In this document: one piece after another, positions 1-8,178 of the stretch
How the letters are laid out: each line of letters opens with the position of its first letter
Position numbering within the stretch: position 1 is the first letter of the stretch
DNA from: a virus
Reading direction: 5' to 3' (one strand)
Virus record (IMG/VR): IMGVR_UViG_3300031977_002889
DNA length: 64,000 nt
The notes under the pieces: model-generated
What the model was told of the DNA's origin: nothing
Seen by the model: only the letters and a program-made list of their open reading frames with translations
Database searches by the model: none
Translations under genes and position numbers: made by a program

Positions 1-120
1 AGGCCTTCCTAGGTGCCTCCCTTTCTATCTGTTCGTTTCGCAGTACAGCACCCGGCTAGCTTTCCATTCGGTACTAGCGACTCACCGACCACTCATGAGC
101 TGCAGACTACACGAATGGAT
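1..120 (-). ncRNA. Candidate structured RNA immediately 3' of tRNA-Thr
   Basis: GC-rich non-coding stretch with nested complementary segments (TTCGT/ACGAA, GTAGT/ACTGC, GCAGC/GCTGT, GCTAG/CTAGC). Confidence 0.4.
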
Positions 121-125
121 TTTTC

Positions 126-201
126 TGGTGCCGCTTGAGAGACTCGAACTCCCGACCCACTGATTACAAATCAGTTGCTCTACCAGCTGAGCTAAAGCGG
201 C
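126..201 (-). tRNA. tRNA-Thr(UGU)
   Basis: Reverse complement GCCGCTTTAGCTCAGCTGGTAGAGCA-ACTGATTTGTAATCAGT-GGGTCGGGAGTTCGAGTCTCTCAAGCGGCACCA forms a cloverleaf with anticodon TGT and an encoded CCA. Confidence 0.96.
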
Positions 202-205
202 ATTA

Positions 206-295
206 TGGCGGAGAGACAGGGATTCGAACCCTGGGTACCTTGCGGTACGTCGGTTTTCAGGACCGGTGCATTAAGCCAGACTCTGCCACCTCTCC
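206..295 (-). tRNA. tRNA-Ser(UGA), long variable arm, atypical anticodon loop (C33)
   Basis: GGAGAGGTGGCAGAGTCTGGCTTAATGCA-CCGGT-CCTGAAA-ACCGA-CGTACCGCAAGGTACC-CAGGGTTCGAATCCCTG-TCTCTCCGCCA; G73 discriminator, long variable arm. Confidence 0.9.
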
Positions 296-302
296 AAAAC
301 TT

Positions 303-522
303 TGTGCAGGTCTCTCCCTGCTTGTCACCGTTGCCCTTACGGTCTGGGCTAGGGCGCTACCCTAACATACACTTTTGATTAGACCCCGCTAGGTTATTCC
401 TAGCACCTCACGACGCCGGCATAGCGCCGACACCGTCTAATCTTGCCCTCTACTTTACCCTCTTCTTTACCTAGAGTTTGTTGGGTACGTTCGACGAGAT
501 TGTCAGGCTTTCCCCGTTCGCC
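303..522 (-). ncRNA. Candidate structured RNA(s) between gene 32 and the tRNAs
   Basis: Three-way junction closed by GATTAGAC/GTCTAATC (377-442), an H-type pseudoknot candidate (327-349), and hairpins at 306-321 and 348-366. Confidence 0.5.
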
Positions 523-1401
523 TTAGTCTTCCTGTGCCAATTTAGCAAAGTATGACATTGTATCGTCATCATCAGTGGTAACCTGTTCGGCAGTCATAGG
601 TTCATATGCTGGTTCAGGCTCATTGATCTTTGCTTCTTCTTTCACAGTATAACTACCTGCAGTTGCTTCTTCACCAAGAACACGCATCAACTTAGACTTC
701 AATTCGTCATAAGTTTTATAGTTAGTTGGATCAGTAAACTCTTTTAGCGAATGCATTTTACCATAGATGGCTTCGAGTTCAGCATCTTCTGCAAGTTGTG
801 ATGGACTATCGAACTCTGATTTATCATAGTTACGATAACCTTCAACATTACGAATCTTCAATTTGAAATTGGCACCCTCCCAAAAATCAAATGGATTGAT
901 AGGAGTTTCGTCTTGAAATGCTGGTTGCATGACGTCCATAATCTTATCAAAGATTTTCTTACCAAACTTATAAAGGAATACTTTACCTTCATTTTCTGGA
1001 TTTGATGGATCACTCACCACATAGGCATTTACTACATAATGTAGTCTACGCTTTTGTGCTCGTGCTTTATCTTTATCTGATTCAATACCAGAATTCCAAA
1101 GCTTTGAGTTAAGTTCACCAACTGGATCGTTTTGACCAATTGATGTAAGTGAGTTTTCAATATACCAAAGACCTGTTGGGCCTTTAAAACCATGATCCCA
1201 ATATCGAACCCATGGAAGATCTTCACCTTCAGGTGCTGGTAGAAAACGAAGAACAGCATAACCATTACCAGCTTTATCCACTGTTGGTTTCCAAATTCGT
1301 TCATCTACATAGGATTTGGTTTCTCCACCGCCGACTGATTCGGCTGCTGATACTAGTTTAGAGATCTGATCTCTATTGCGTTTTAGATTTTCGAAAGACA
1401 T
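523..1401 (-). CDS. 32: Single-stranded DNA-binding protein gp32
   Basis: DERIWKPTVDKAGNGYAVLRFLP, HGFKGPTGLWYIENSLT, NPFDFWEGANFKLKIR, acidic C-terminal tail. Confidence 0.97.
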   Translation of the reverse strand: MSFENLKRNRDQISKLVSAAESVGGGETKSYVDERIWKPTVDKAGNGYAVLRFLPAPEGEDLPWVRYWDHGFKGPTGLWYIENSLTSIGQNDPVGELNSKLWNSGIESDKDKARAQKRRLHYVVNAYVVSDPSNPENEGKVFLYKFGKKIFDKIMDVMQPAFQDETPINPFDFWEGANFKLKIRNVEGYRNYDKSEFDSPSQLAEDAELEAIYGKMHSLKEFTDPTNYKTYDELKSKLMRVLGEEATAGSYTVKEEAKINEPEPAYEPMTAEQVTTDDDDTMSYFAKLAQED

Positions 1402-1440
1402 TGTATGTTCCTTGTATTAACTGAAATATTAACTGAAATA

Positions 1441-1470
1441 TTATACCACATTTTTTTAAAATGGTACATA
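1441..1470 (-). promoter_or_regulatory. T4-like early/sigma70 promoter for gene 32
   Basis: TGTACC-N-TGTGGTATAAT (extended -10). Confidence 0.65.
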
Positions 1471-1477
1471 CTATATA

Positions 1478-1711
1478 TCACATAAAACTATCTAAATCGT
1501 TCTGCCTTGGCAAAAAATTTAACTTCATTGCTTCAGCTTCAACTTTATCTTTGATAATAGAAGACACGAATTTCTTCACATCTTCTGGTTCTATGCCATT
1601 TTTTTCACAAAGCCAAAGAATAGCATCCATATATGAAAGTTCTTTTTCAGCTACGGTCTTTTCAACTAGCTTTGTGAATTTTGATTTATTTAAAAAGTTT
1701 TCTTCTATCAC
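1478..1711 (-). CDS. 33: Late transcription co-activator gp33
   Basis: LSYMDAILWLCEKNGIEPEDVKKFVSSIIKDKVEAEAMKLNFL; position next to gene 32. Confidence 0.9.
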   Translation of the reverse strand: MIEENFLNKSKFTKLVEKTVAEKELSYMDAILWLCEKNGIEPEDVKKFVSSIIKDKVEAEAMKLNFLPRQNDLDSFM

Positions 1712-2847
1712 TTATCAAACACTCTCAACAATATAGTCTCCTTATTAATTCGACTGTTAGTAGGACATGTCACCTTTGTAGTAAGTGACTTAAACTCTTT
1801 ATCGATCTGGTTCGGAGTCTTACTCAGTACGACCGATAGAAATTCATCAGGTTTACGAAGTCGAGTCTGTCTCGATTGTTCGAAGTCTACACCTTGAAGT
1901 GTAGTGCCTTTGATTGAAAATCCATTCGGCGACTGAGTAAGATATTCTGTAAGGATCCGATATTTCACGTTGAACGTAAAGAGTCGTTGTTTACCAATAA
2001 TCGTGATAGGATTAATTGATTGTAACTTAAACTCTGCATTCGAATTACAATATTGAATACGAGCGATTTGCTTATCTGCAGCCACGGGCTTTTTAATACG
2101 AACGGCACGTGTAGCCTTAGCAGCAGACTTGATCCTGTCCAGATCCGATAGCATGTCTTGACATGCCTTAATACGGCGATTGAGTTCTGGTTTTTTCAAA
2201 TGCGAATAACCTTCCACAGCCTGAGGACAACGTTTGTGGTAAGCATCTTCATAATCTAGCAACCAGCCCTCAATCACCTGCCGGACTGGCTTTACAGCAG
2301 AGCCCGACAATCCATGACGTTGGAATTGTTGATATACATCAAGAGTGGTTTTTTCACCCTCGATCCATTCGTCTTCCAATGTCAATAGATCTTGCATAAT
2401 AGTATTACCAATCTTTTTTTGCAAACGTTGCTGAGGTGATAATACTACGATATTCGATTGTTCTTTATCTTGCTCTTTCTTTTCAGCAAGTAAAACGGCA
2501 CCACGTTCAACTAATTCGCCAATATATCTTTTAAGACCGCTGACATAATTAGGAATGGGGTGTTCATCTGTAGGTAAATTAGATGTAAGCCAAAATGCTG
2601 TACAGCTATGATGAGTGTACATTTCGAAAGCATATGAAGGATTCGCAAAGATTTTCTTTTGATCAGCTTTGCTATAATTAGCTTTGATCCAAGTCTTTAA
2701 GCTATAAGTAAGATCTTTCTTCTCCATTTCACCGTGAAAATAGGATTGACATGCTACCCAACCTTTATCCACAGGAATTGCTGCTACACCAGTTCTACGA
2801 CGTGTAGAAACTTTTGCTTTTACTTTACGCTTTGCCATTTTAGCCAT
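1708..2847 (-). CDS. Conserved hypothetical T4-like phage protein
   Basis: Long ORF with GAGGAG RBS before ATG at 2847; promoter immediately upstream. Confidence 0.75.
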   Translation of the reverse strand: MAKMAKRKVKAKVSTRRRTGVAAIPVDKGWVACQSYFHGEMEKKDLTYSLKTWIKANYSKADQKKIFANPSYAFEMYTHHSCTAFWLTSNLPTDEHPIPNYVSGLKRYIGELVERGAVLLAEKKEQDKEQSNIVVLSPQQRLQKKIGNTIMQDLLTLEDEWIEGEKTTLDVYQQFQRHGLSGSAVKPVRQVIEGWLLDYEDAYHKRCPQAVEGYSHLKKPELNRRIKACQDMLSDLDRIKSAAKATRAVRIKKPVAADKQIARIQYCNSNAEFKLQSINPITIIGKQRLFTFNVKYRILTEYLTQSPNGFSIKGTTLQGVDFEQSRQTRLRKPDEFLSVVLSKTPNQIDKEFKSLTTKVTCPTNSRINKETILLRVFDK

Positions 2848-2871
2848 TACATTCTCCTCTAATTCTAGGTA

Positions 2872-2905
2872 TATTCTACCACAGTTTCCTAGCAATGTAC
2901 ATGCT
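2872..2905 (-). promoter_or_regulatory. Early promoter
   Basis: CATGTACA-N-TGTGGTAGAAT, with A-tract upstream. Confidence 0.7.
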
Positions 2906-2925
2906 TAAAACGCATTTTTTTGAAA

Positions 2926-3270
2926 TTAATTTCTCCTCATTTGAGAAATTGCTTCTGCGTCTTTTTTGTTGGTGATTGGGACCATGTTTGATTTGTGCAT
3001 GGTTCCGATACCAATGATATAATCACCGGTGTACTGGTTAGCTTTGGATTTCGGCGAATAACCTGGTATTGTGTCCGACGTCTTGATTGTTGGACGATTT
3101 TCTGAATAAGACGGTATTGGCGCACGATACTCTCCTCCTCCTTTGTAACCAACTCGTTTGAGGAGCTTAGCCATTTTTTCTTCTTCGGCCAAGATCCCTT
3201 TAGTTTTTTTCTTTTTCCTCTTAGAAGAATTTCCGTGGACTTGAATGCCACGAATCATGTGCATAGACAT
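2926..3270 (-). CDS. Conserved hypothetical basic protein
   Basis: Intact ORF coupled to neighbour; C-terminal YTGDYIIGIGTMHKSNMVP. Confidence 0.7.
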   Translation of the reverse strand: MSMHMIRGIQVHGNSSKRKKKKTKGILAEEEKMAKLLKRVGYKGGGEYRAPIPSYSENRPTIKTSDTIPGYSPKSKANQYTGDYIIGIGTMHKSNMVPITNKKDAEAISQMRRN

Positions 3271-3542
3271 TACATATCTCCGCTCTTATAGAAATCCTCA
3301 TATATTCTTTTAATACCATTAATGTCTGGATGATTTCTTATCCACATTCCAGTATCAGGGTGAAATTCTTTTTGGAAGAATTCATCTAGTTTGACATAGC
3401 CTGTAGCCTCATTAGGATTGATTTTTTTTGAAAGCTCATCAAACTCTGCATCAGACATAATAGAATTATTGTCATATTCATATGCATATGCTGCAACTGA
3501 AAGACGAATCCTATTGCGTATTTCTTGATTCACTTCAATCAT
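3270..3542 (-). CDS. Stand-alone NAD+-dependent DNA ligase domain Ia-like protein
   Basis: AAYAYEYDNNSIMSDAEFDEL resembles the LigA YY..D.P.isDaeYD motif; no adenylation domain. Confidence 0.65.
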   Translation of the reverse strand: MIEVNQEIRNRIRLSVAAYAYEYDNNSIMSDAEFDELSKKINPNEATGYVKLDEFFQKEFHPDTGMWIRNHPDINGIKRIYEDFYKSGDM

Positions 3543-3739
3543 AAGAACCTAGTCTCCACTACTTCTTTTTCTTTTGTCAAGGTAACAACCCTAGCTTTGC
3601 TATGCCTACCCCCGACATGAACTTCGAACCATTCCCTAGCTTCGGTTTCAGTCTCGCAGACAACAGCAACCCACTCAGGCAATTCACTCTCGACTGCTTG
3701 GCACATAGTGCTGAATTGTGTTGTAACTGTCCAAGTCAT
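3539..3739 (-). CDS. Hypothetical protein
   Basis: ATG at 3739 preceded by TAAGGAG RBS. Confidence 0.6.
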   Translation of the reverse strand: MTWTVTTQFSTMCQAVESELPEWVAVVCETETEAREWFEVHVGGRHSKARVVTLTKEKEVVETRFL

Positions 3740-3745
3740 TTCTAA

Positions 3746-3896
3746 ACTCCTTACCTCATACGCCCAAGCTAGTATCTCCAATCTCTCCGCACGGCCTTAT
3801 TGACGTTGCCGCTCTAGTTTGATTGAAACTAACATCCCCTAAGAGATCGTGCTTTCAGGTGGCCTGCCCTCCACACGGACGTATGAGGAAAAGAGT
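3746..3896 (-). ncRNA. Candidate structured cis-regulatory RNA closed by a ~20-bp stem covering the downstream RBS
   Basis: ACTCTTTTCCTCATACGTCC pairs with GGGCGTATGAGGTAAGGAGT (one mismatch, G-U pairs); internal hairpins. Confidence 0.6.
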
Positions 3897-3904
3897 CATA
3901 AGAC

Positions 3905-4129
3905 TCAATCCCAATCATTATCAAACCTCGTGGTTTCATACATCACTTCGCCATAGTATTCTTTGGCGTATTTCGATGCATCTGTATACGCATTGATATT
4001 GTCATCATCGTTGTATTTATCCATAAACGATGTTTCGGTACGGCGTACAGCATTGTTACGCTTTACCTTTTTATTGAATTTTTTGGCACATTCACGAATC
4101 ATTGCCATACGTTCATCATAAGTCATCAT
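3905..4129 (-). CDS. Hypothetical early protein
   Basis: Small ORF coupled to upstream ORF. Confidence 0.6.
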   Translation of the reverse strand: MMTYDERMAMIRECAKKFNKKVKRNNAVRRTETSFMDKYNDDDNINAYTDASKYAKEYYGEVMYETTRFDNDWD

Positions 4130-4362
4130 TATACAAGTTCTCCTTCAAAGATGTCTGCAAGTTTTTCGAAACAAGCGTCAATATATTCAGAATTGTAGAA
4201 GATGCGAAGACCCATATACATGTCTGACTCTACAAAATTCCAAAAGCTGGTTGTACCAACACCGTCACGAGTGTTGAATTCGTCTTTAACAGCTAGATCA
4301 AAGCATTCGATTACGTCTGATTTGATTGCTGTACCATCATCTAGGTGTACGATTCTTGACAT
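4129..4362 (-). CDS. Hypothetical early protein
   Basis: GAAGGAG RBS; directly behind the repeated early promoter. Confidence 0.7.
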   Translation of the reverse strand: MSRIVHLDDGTAIKSDVIECFDLAVKDEFNTRDGVGTTSFWNFVESDMYMGLRIFYNSEYIDACFEKLADIFEGELV

Positions 4363-4368
4363 TTGCTT

Positions 4369-4430
4369 TCTCCTTCATTTGATATATACATCCTACACCA
4401 GTATGAAAGCAATGTACATGCTTTTTTTCA
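4369..4430 (-). promoter_or_regulatory. Repeated early promoter/leader, copy 1
   Basis: GCATGTACATTG-N-TAGGAT-N-ATATCAAATGAAGGAGAA, shared with 24729, 41803 and 56359. Confidence 0.8.
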
Positions 4431-4464
4431 CTTTTTTGTGAAATAATTTACTTTAATTTAAATT

Positions 4465-5130
4465 TTAATGGAATAATTTTCTTCTATTGTATTCTTTTAT
4501 AGTATCAAGAAGTAAAGAAGTCCAATTATCCCTATGCTCTTTGAACACTAATGGTTCATTATCGTCTACATCCATGACAACAACTGTATTGACGATTGGC
4601 ATACCAGTTCTTTCTTCCCACATAATAGCATAAGCTGCCATCTGACAAAAATAATTATGGATCTTGTCTTTTGTCTTTACACGTTTACTCGTTTTAAAAT
4701 CAACGATTGATGGAACACCATCAAATTCTGCTACGCAATCAACACGACCAGCAAGACCAAGATGCCTACTATAAAGAGGAGCTTCGAGGTGAAAGATTTT
4801 TCCGATAGATCGATCAAGTATTGGCCTGACGTTTTCAAGACTTTGTCTAATATGTGGGAGATAATCTGTTGTGTCTTCATTTTTAAGATACCTTTCTATG
4901 ATAGCATGAACTTGTGTTCCGCGCGCGGCTGCCCGCCCACCTACACGATTTGCTTCTTCTTCTCCAACCCGTTGACGCCACTTTGAAATGGCTTCTTCAG
5001 TTAAAATAGAGAGAACCGTTGTGATGCTAGGATAATCACCATCAGGAGTATGATAGACTCTGCCTGATGGTAATGTCTCTGCATCCAAATCATCATATCC
5101 CAAATCAACTTTTTCATGTATAAATTCCAT
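4465..5130 (-). CDS. PD-(D/E)xK exonuclease (Cas4-like/exonuclease A family of T4-like phages)
   Basis: YPSITTVL, RGTQVH, GRVDCVAEFDGVPSIVDFKTS, QMAAYA. Confidence 0.88.
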   Translation of the reverse strand: MEFIHEKVDLGYDDLDAETLPSGRVYHTPDGDYPSITTVLSILTEEAISKWRQRVGEEEANRVGGRAAARGTQVHAIIERYLKNEDTTDYLPHIRQSLENVRPILDRSIGKIFHLEAPLYSRHLGLAGRVDCVAEFDGVPSIVDFKTSKRVKTKDKIHNYFCQMAAYAIMWEERTGMPIVNTVVVMDVDDNEPLVFKEHRDNWTSLLLDTIKEYNRRKLFH

Positions 5131-5822
5131 TAGCTATTTAACATTTCCTTTGTCATAATATAATCTCTTACAAAATCTGATCTCACAATATCTTCCCATC
5201 CAAAATGAACTATATCAAAATCATTTAATCTTTCAATGATTCGCATAAACTCATAGATACCATTTTTTTCGTCATCATACTTAAAGTCTGTCTGCAAATA
5301 ATCGCCTGAAAAAATAACTCTACAATTACGGCCAACTCGAGTAATTACCGAATCAAGTTCATGGAAGTTTAAGTTTTGCATTTCATCAACAATAATCACA
5401 GCATCATCAATAGTAATACCACGAATATGAGAAGTTGAATGAAACTCTAATTGTTTATTAGTACACAACTTCCCATAAGATCCTTTATCAGCAAAAAGTT
5501 CAGTAGCAATGGATTTATATGGTGCTAAAAAAGCATCTTCTTTTTCTGATTTACTTCCTGGTAAATAACCAATATCGCGTGTAGGAACCATAGAACGAAT
5601 AATTACGAGTTTATCTTGAGCTTCATCTTTATCTAATATTGTTTCAAGCCCGAGATACATGGCTACAAAAGTTTTACCAGTACCAGCAGATCCCATCAGT
5701 ACTAAGTGATCACCATCATCCCAAGATTTAAAGGCTTTTTCTTGGTTGACAGTCATAGGTTCATATTGTAGAAGATCGTCCCATCGTACAATCATACTAT
5801 TATTTTTTGACTGTTTCTTCAT
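5130..5822 (-). CDS. phoH: PhoH family ATPase
   Basis: GSAGTGKT Walker A, GYLPG, RGITI, IIVDEMQN, GDYLQTD, DIVRS. Confidence 0.95.
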   Translation of the reverse strand: MKKQSKNNSMIVRWDDLLQYEPMTVNQEKAFKSWDDGDHLVLMGSAGTGKTFVAMYLGLETILDKDEAQDKLVIIRSMVPTRDIGYLPGSKSEKEDAFLAPYKSIATELFADKGSYGKLCTNKQLEFHSTSHIRGITIDDAVIIVDEMQNLNFHELDSVITRVGRNCRVIFSGDYLQTDFKYDDEKNGIYEFMRIIERLNDFDIVHFGWEDIVRSDFVRDYIMTKEMLNS

Positions 5823-6055
5823 ACTTTAATAGTATTGCCCCTTCCTGAATTTTGTTTAATTCTTTTAAGATGATCTTTCCAACCGTCATCTGTTTTAGTT
5901 GCAAGACTGCCAACACCACTTACAATTTTTGGAGCAGATAATACTTGTTGAAGATTATATTCTTCACACATTTCTTGAAGCTCTGTATATGAACAAAAGA
6001 CTTCCCAAGTATGATTACTATCGCTGTTGGCTCTTCTAACTGTATACGTTGGCAT
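5819..6055 (-). CDS. FmdB-like small protein (degenerate zinc ribbon)
   Basis: MPTYT start; C-terminal DGWKDHLKRIKQNSGRGNTI; usual position upstream of phoH. Confidence 0.6.
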   Translation of the reverse strand: MPTYTVRRANSDSNHTWEVFCSYTELQEMCEEYNLQQVLSAPKIVSGVGSLATKTDDGWKDHLKRIKQNSGRGNTIKV

Positions 6056-6611
6056 TAAACCACTCCGGAATAGGGCGTTTAGTCCAATCCATTTTGAATC
6101 GATCTTGTTTCGTTTGATAGAAAGCACGATATGCTTTTACAGGATCTTCAAGAGCAATGCATTCAGGATTAGATTTCATCGCAAGTTTAAATGGTGTGAG
6201 TGTCTTACTCGGAATATTAAAAGGATGATTCAATAAATGTTGCATAATCAATTTAGTATTATGTATAGGTTTTTCAGGTCTACCATATCTATATTCCCAT
6301 TCCTTGCACAATGCATCAAAATGCTTGAGATGCCAATGATAATTAGCAGAAGATTCCATAGTCCATACAGTACAAGGATGGGTATGATGTACAGCTTTAT
6401 ATAAGTATTTTTCTAAGATGGGATCTGGATGAACCCAATAATCGACCATGCGTTTACCAGATTTTGAAGGTCGTTTTTCGAGTTTACCATCAAGCATACG
6501 ATGTGCTGTTGAAAGCATTTGCGCAGATTCGACAATCATCTTGTTGATATGTTTGTCGCATTGAAGCTGAGCAGCTTTGATAGGATCTGTGTCAAGTATA
6601 AAGATGTTCAT
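6036..6611 (-). CDS. Pyrimidine dimer DNA glycosylase (DenV-like family)
   Basis: MNIFILD.DP..AAQ..CDKH..KM..ESAQMLST, HHTHPCTVW, AYRAFY. Confidence 0.8.
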   Translation of the reverse strand: MNIFILDTDPIKAAQLQCDKHINKMIVESAQMLSTAHRMLDGKLEKRPSKSGKRMVDYWVHPDPILEKYLYKAVHHTHPCTVWTMESSANYHWHLKHFDALCKEWEYRYGRPEKPIHNTKLIMQHLLNHPFNIPSKTLTPFKLAMKSNPECIALEDPVKAYRAFYQTKQDRFKMDWTKRPIPEWFNANVYS

Positions 6612-6640
6612 AATATAAAAACCTCGAGTATTATGATATA

Positions 6641-6670
6641 TTCTACCACAAATACTCGAGGTTGTACACT
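6641..6670 (-). promoter_or_regulatory. Early promoter
   Basis: GTGTACA-N-TGTGGTAGAAT. Confidence 0.7.
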
Positions 6671-6681
6671 CCTTTTATATG

Positions 6682-6840
6682 TTAAGTTGAAATTACTTCA
6701 GCTATTCTCGAGTCTAAATACTCTTTTTTCTGGATAACCTTTTTGAGTCGGTCATATTGTTTAGAGTCTTTAAGCCTTTGAATAAAAAGATCAAGTTTTT
6801 GTTTGTCTTGGTATAATCTTTCTAGCTGAATAGCTTCCAT
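6682..6840 (-). CDS. Small coiled-coil protein (52 aa, not in ORF track)
   Basis: MEAIQLERLYQDKQKLDLFIQRLKDSKQYDRLKKVIQKKEYLDSRIAEVIST, with AAGGA RBS. Confidence 0.6.
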   Translation of the reverse strand: MEAIQLERLYQDKQKLDLFIQRLKDSKQYDRLKKVIQKKEYLDSRIAEVIST

Positions 6841-6867
6841 ATGAGCAGAGTCCTTTGTTGTTGGCCG

Positions 6868-7284
6868 CTATTTTACCAAACCTGGAAATGCTTCGTCAAC
6901 AAGTGGTTTAGTAAGTCCAGCGGGCTTGGTTTTGTTAATCATTGCAATAACCAATTTAGCATCCTCTGGGTGGATACCTTCTATCAAACCGATGAAAAGT
7001 CTTTCGCGTTTAATAGGATTCATACCATCACTGGTAGGAACTCCTTTTACGAAGTACTTAAATTTTTTGTGTTCTCTGAAAAGGGATGTGGGCGCATTAT
7101 GCCCTTCTGATGGAGTATAAGGAGGAGATCCACCAGGCAGATTCCATTGAACGCTTTCGTCCATTGAACCTTTAATAATATCTTTTAGCGCCCAAGATTC
7201 GTTTTCTTTTAAGATACGAACTTTGTCTTCTTTTTTTCTAGATTTTTTAACTTCATCCAAAACTTCATAAACTAGTTTCTTCAT
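6868..7284 (-). CDS. Conserved hypothetical protein of T4-like phages, downstream of rnh
   Basis: WNLPGGSPPY, KRERLFIGLIEGIHPEDAKLVI, EAFPGL. Confidence 0.75.
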   Translation of the reverse strand: MKKLVYEVLDEVKKSRKKEDKVRILKENESWALKDIIKGSMDESVQWNLPGGSPPYTPSEGHNAPTSLFREHKKFKYFVKGVPTSDGMNPIKRERLFIGLIEGIHPEDAKLVIAMINKTKPAGLTKPLVDEAFPGLVK

Positions 7285-8120
7285 AAAAATTCCTCAACGC
7301 TTTCAAGCAACATATTCATTTGTTTACCAACCATATAAGGAAAAACTTTGCCTTTATTTTTCCATGGATCTTGGTTTTCAAAACTATTTATAATTGATTC
7401 TTTCAAATCCGAAGGAGTATTTCGTAAATCAATAAGTTTTTCATTACGCTTAATATTGCGATATACTTCTTCTCCAAGAGATTGCGGATCTGCAATTAAA
7501 GCTTCTATCTTTTTCTTTGATAGAGGAGTTTGACGCAAACCTTCTACAAAAACATTATCTCCGCTCAATACATTAGGTACACCATCACTTGTGTCGCCTT
7601 TGAAAATATGTGTTTGACGAAAAAGATTGGGGTTTTGTTCAGCTACAAACTTTTTTGTAAGAGGAGAAAATTGACGGACATTGCCGTAAGTCTGCAGCTG
7701 AACAAAATCTTTATCAGCAGAAATGATCATAACATCTTCATTCTTGCCAAATTCTTGTGTTTGTTCTACAAGTGTAGCGATAATATCATCGGCCTCACAA
7801 CCTTCGATATGTATTAACTTATAAGGGAAATTTTCTCTAATATCTGTACGCAAATCATTTAAGATTTCGTATGCACGATCCCAATCAAAATCAGATTTTT
7901 CACGGCTTTTTCTGCGACTTGCTTTATATTGAGGAAACCAACTACGACGCCAGTTATTAGCACCATCGCATGCAATGATTGTTTCGCCATATTCTTTTTC
8001 AAACTTAGTTTTGTACATACGAATGGTATTGAACACCATATGGCGAACCATACCTTCTTCTAATTTACCATTCGCAAAAATAGAACCAACGGCAATACCG
8101 TTAAAATCCATAATAATCAT
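7281..8120 (-). CDS. rnh: RNase H / 5'-3' exonuclease
   Basis: MDFN, YKASR, EADDII, SADKDFVQL, GDTSDGVPN. Confidence 0.95.
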   Translation of the reverse strand: MIIMDFNGIAVGSIFANGKLEEGMVRHMVFNTIRMYKTKFEKEYGETIIACDGANNWRRSWFPQYKASRRKSREKSDFDWDRAYEILNDLRTDIRENFPYKLIHIEGCEADDIIATLVEQTQEFGKNEDVMIISADKDFVQLQTYGNVRQFSPLTKKFVAEQNPNLFRQTHIFKGDTSDGVPNVLSGDNVFVEGLRQTPLSKKKIEALIADPQSLGEEVYRNIKRNEKLIDLRNTPSDLKESIINSFENQDPWKNKGKVFPYMVGKQMNMLLESVEEFL

Positions 8121-8142
8121 AATATATTCTCCAATTGTCTAG

Positions 8143-8178
8143 GTATATTCTACCACAATTTAACGAGATTGTAAATAG
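8143..8178 (-). promoter_or_regulatory. Early promoter
   Basis: TTTACA-N-TGTGGTAGAAT. Confidence 0.65.

Noticed and set aside
1-120. Hammerhead ribozyme
   Set aside because: CTCATGAG and GAAA are present, but the CUGANGA core and stem order do not fit
135-365. 76-aa plus-strand ORF
   Set aside because: Antisense shadow of the two tRNAs
4465-5130. Cas4/CRISPR system
   Set aside because: No Fe-S cysteine cluster, no other cas genes and no repeat-spacer array in the window; this is a common phage exonuclease
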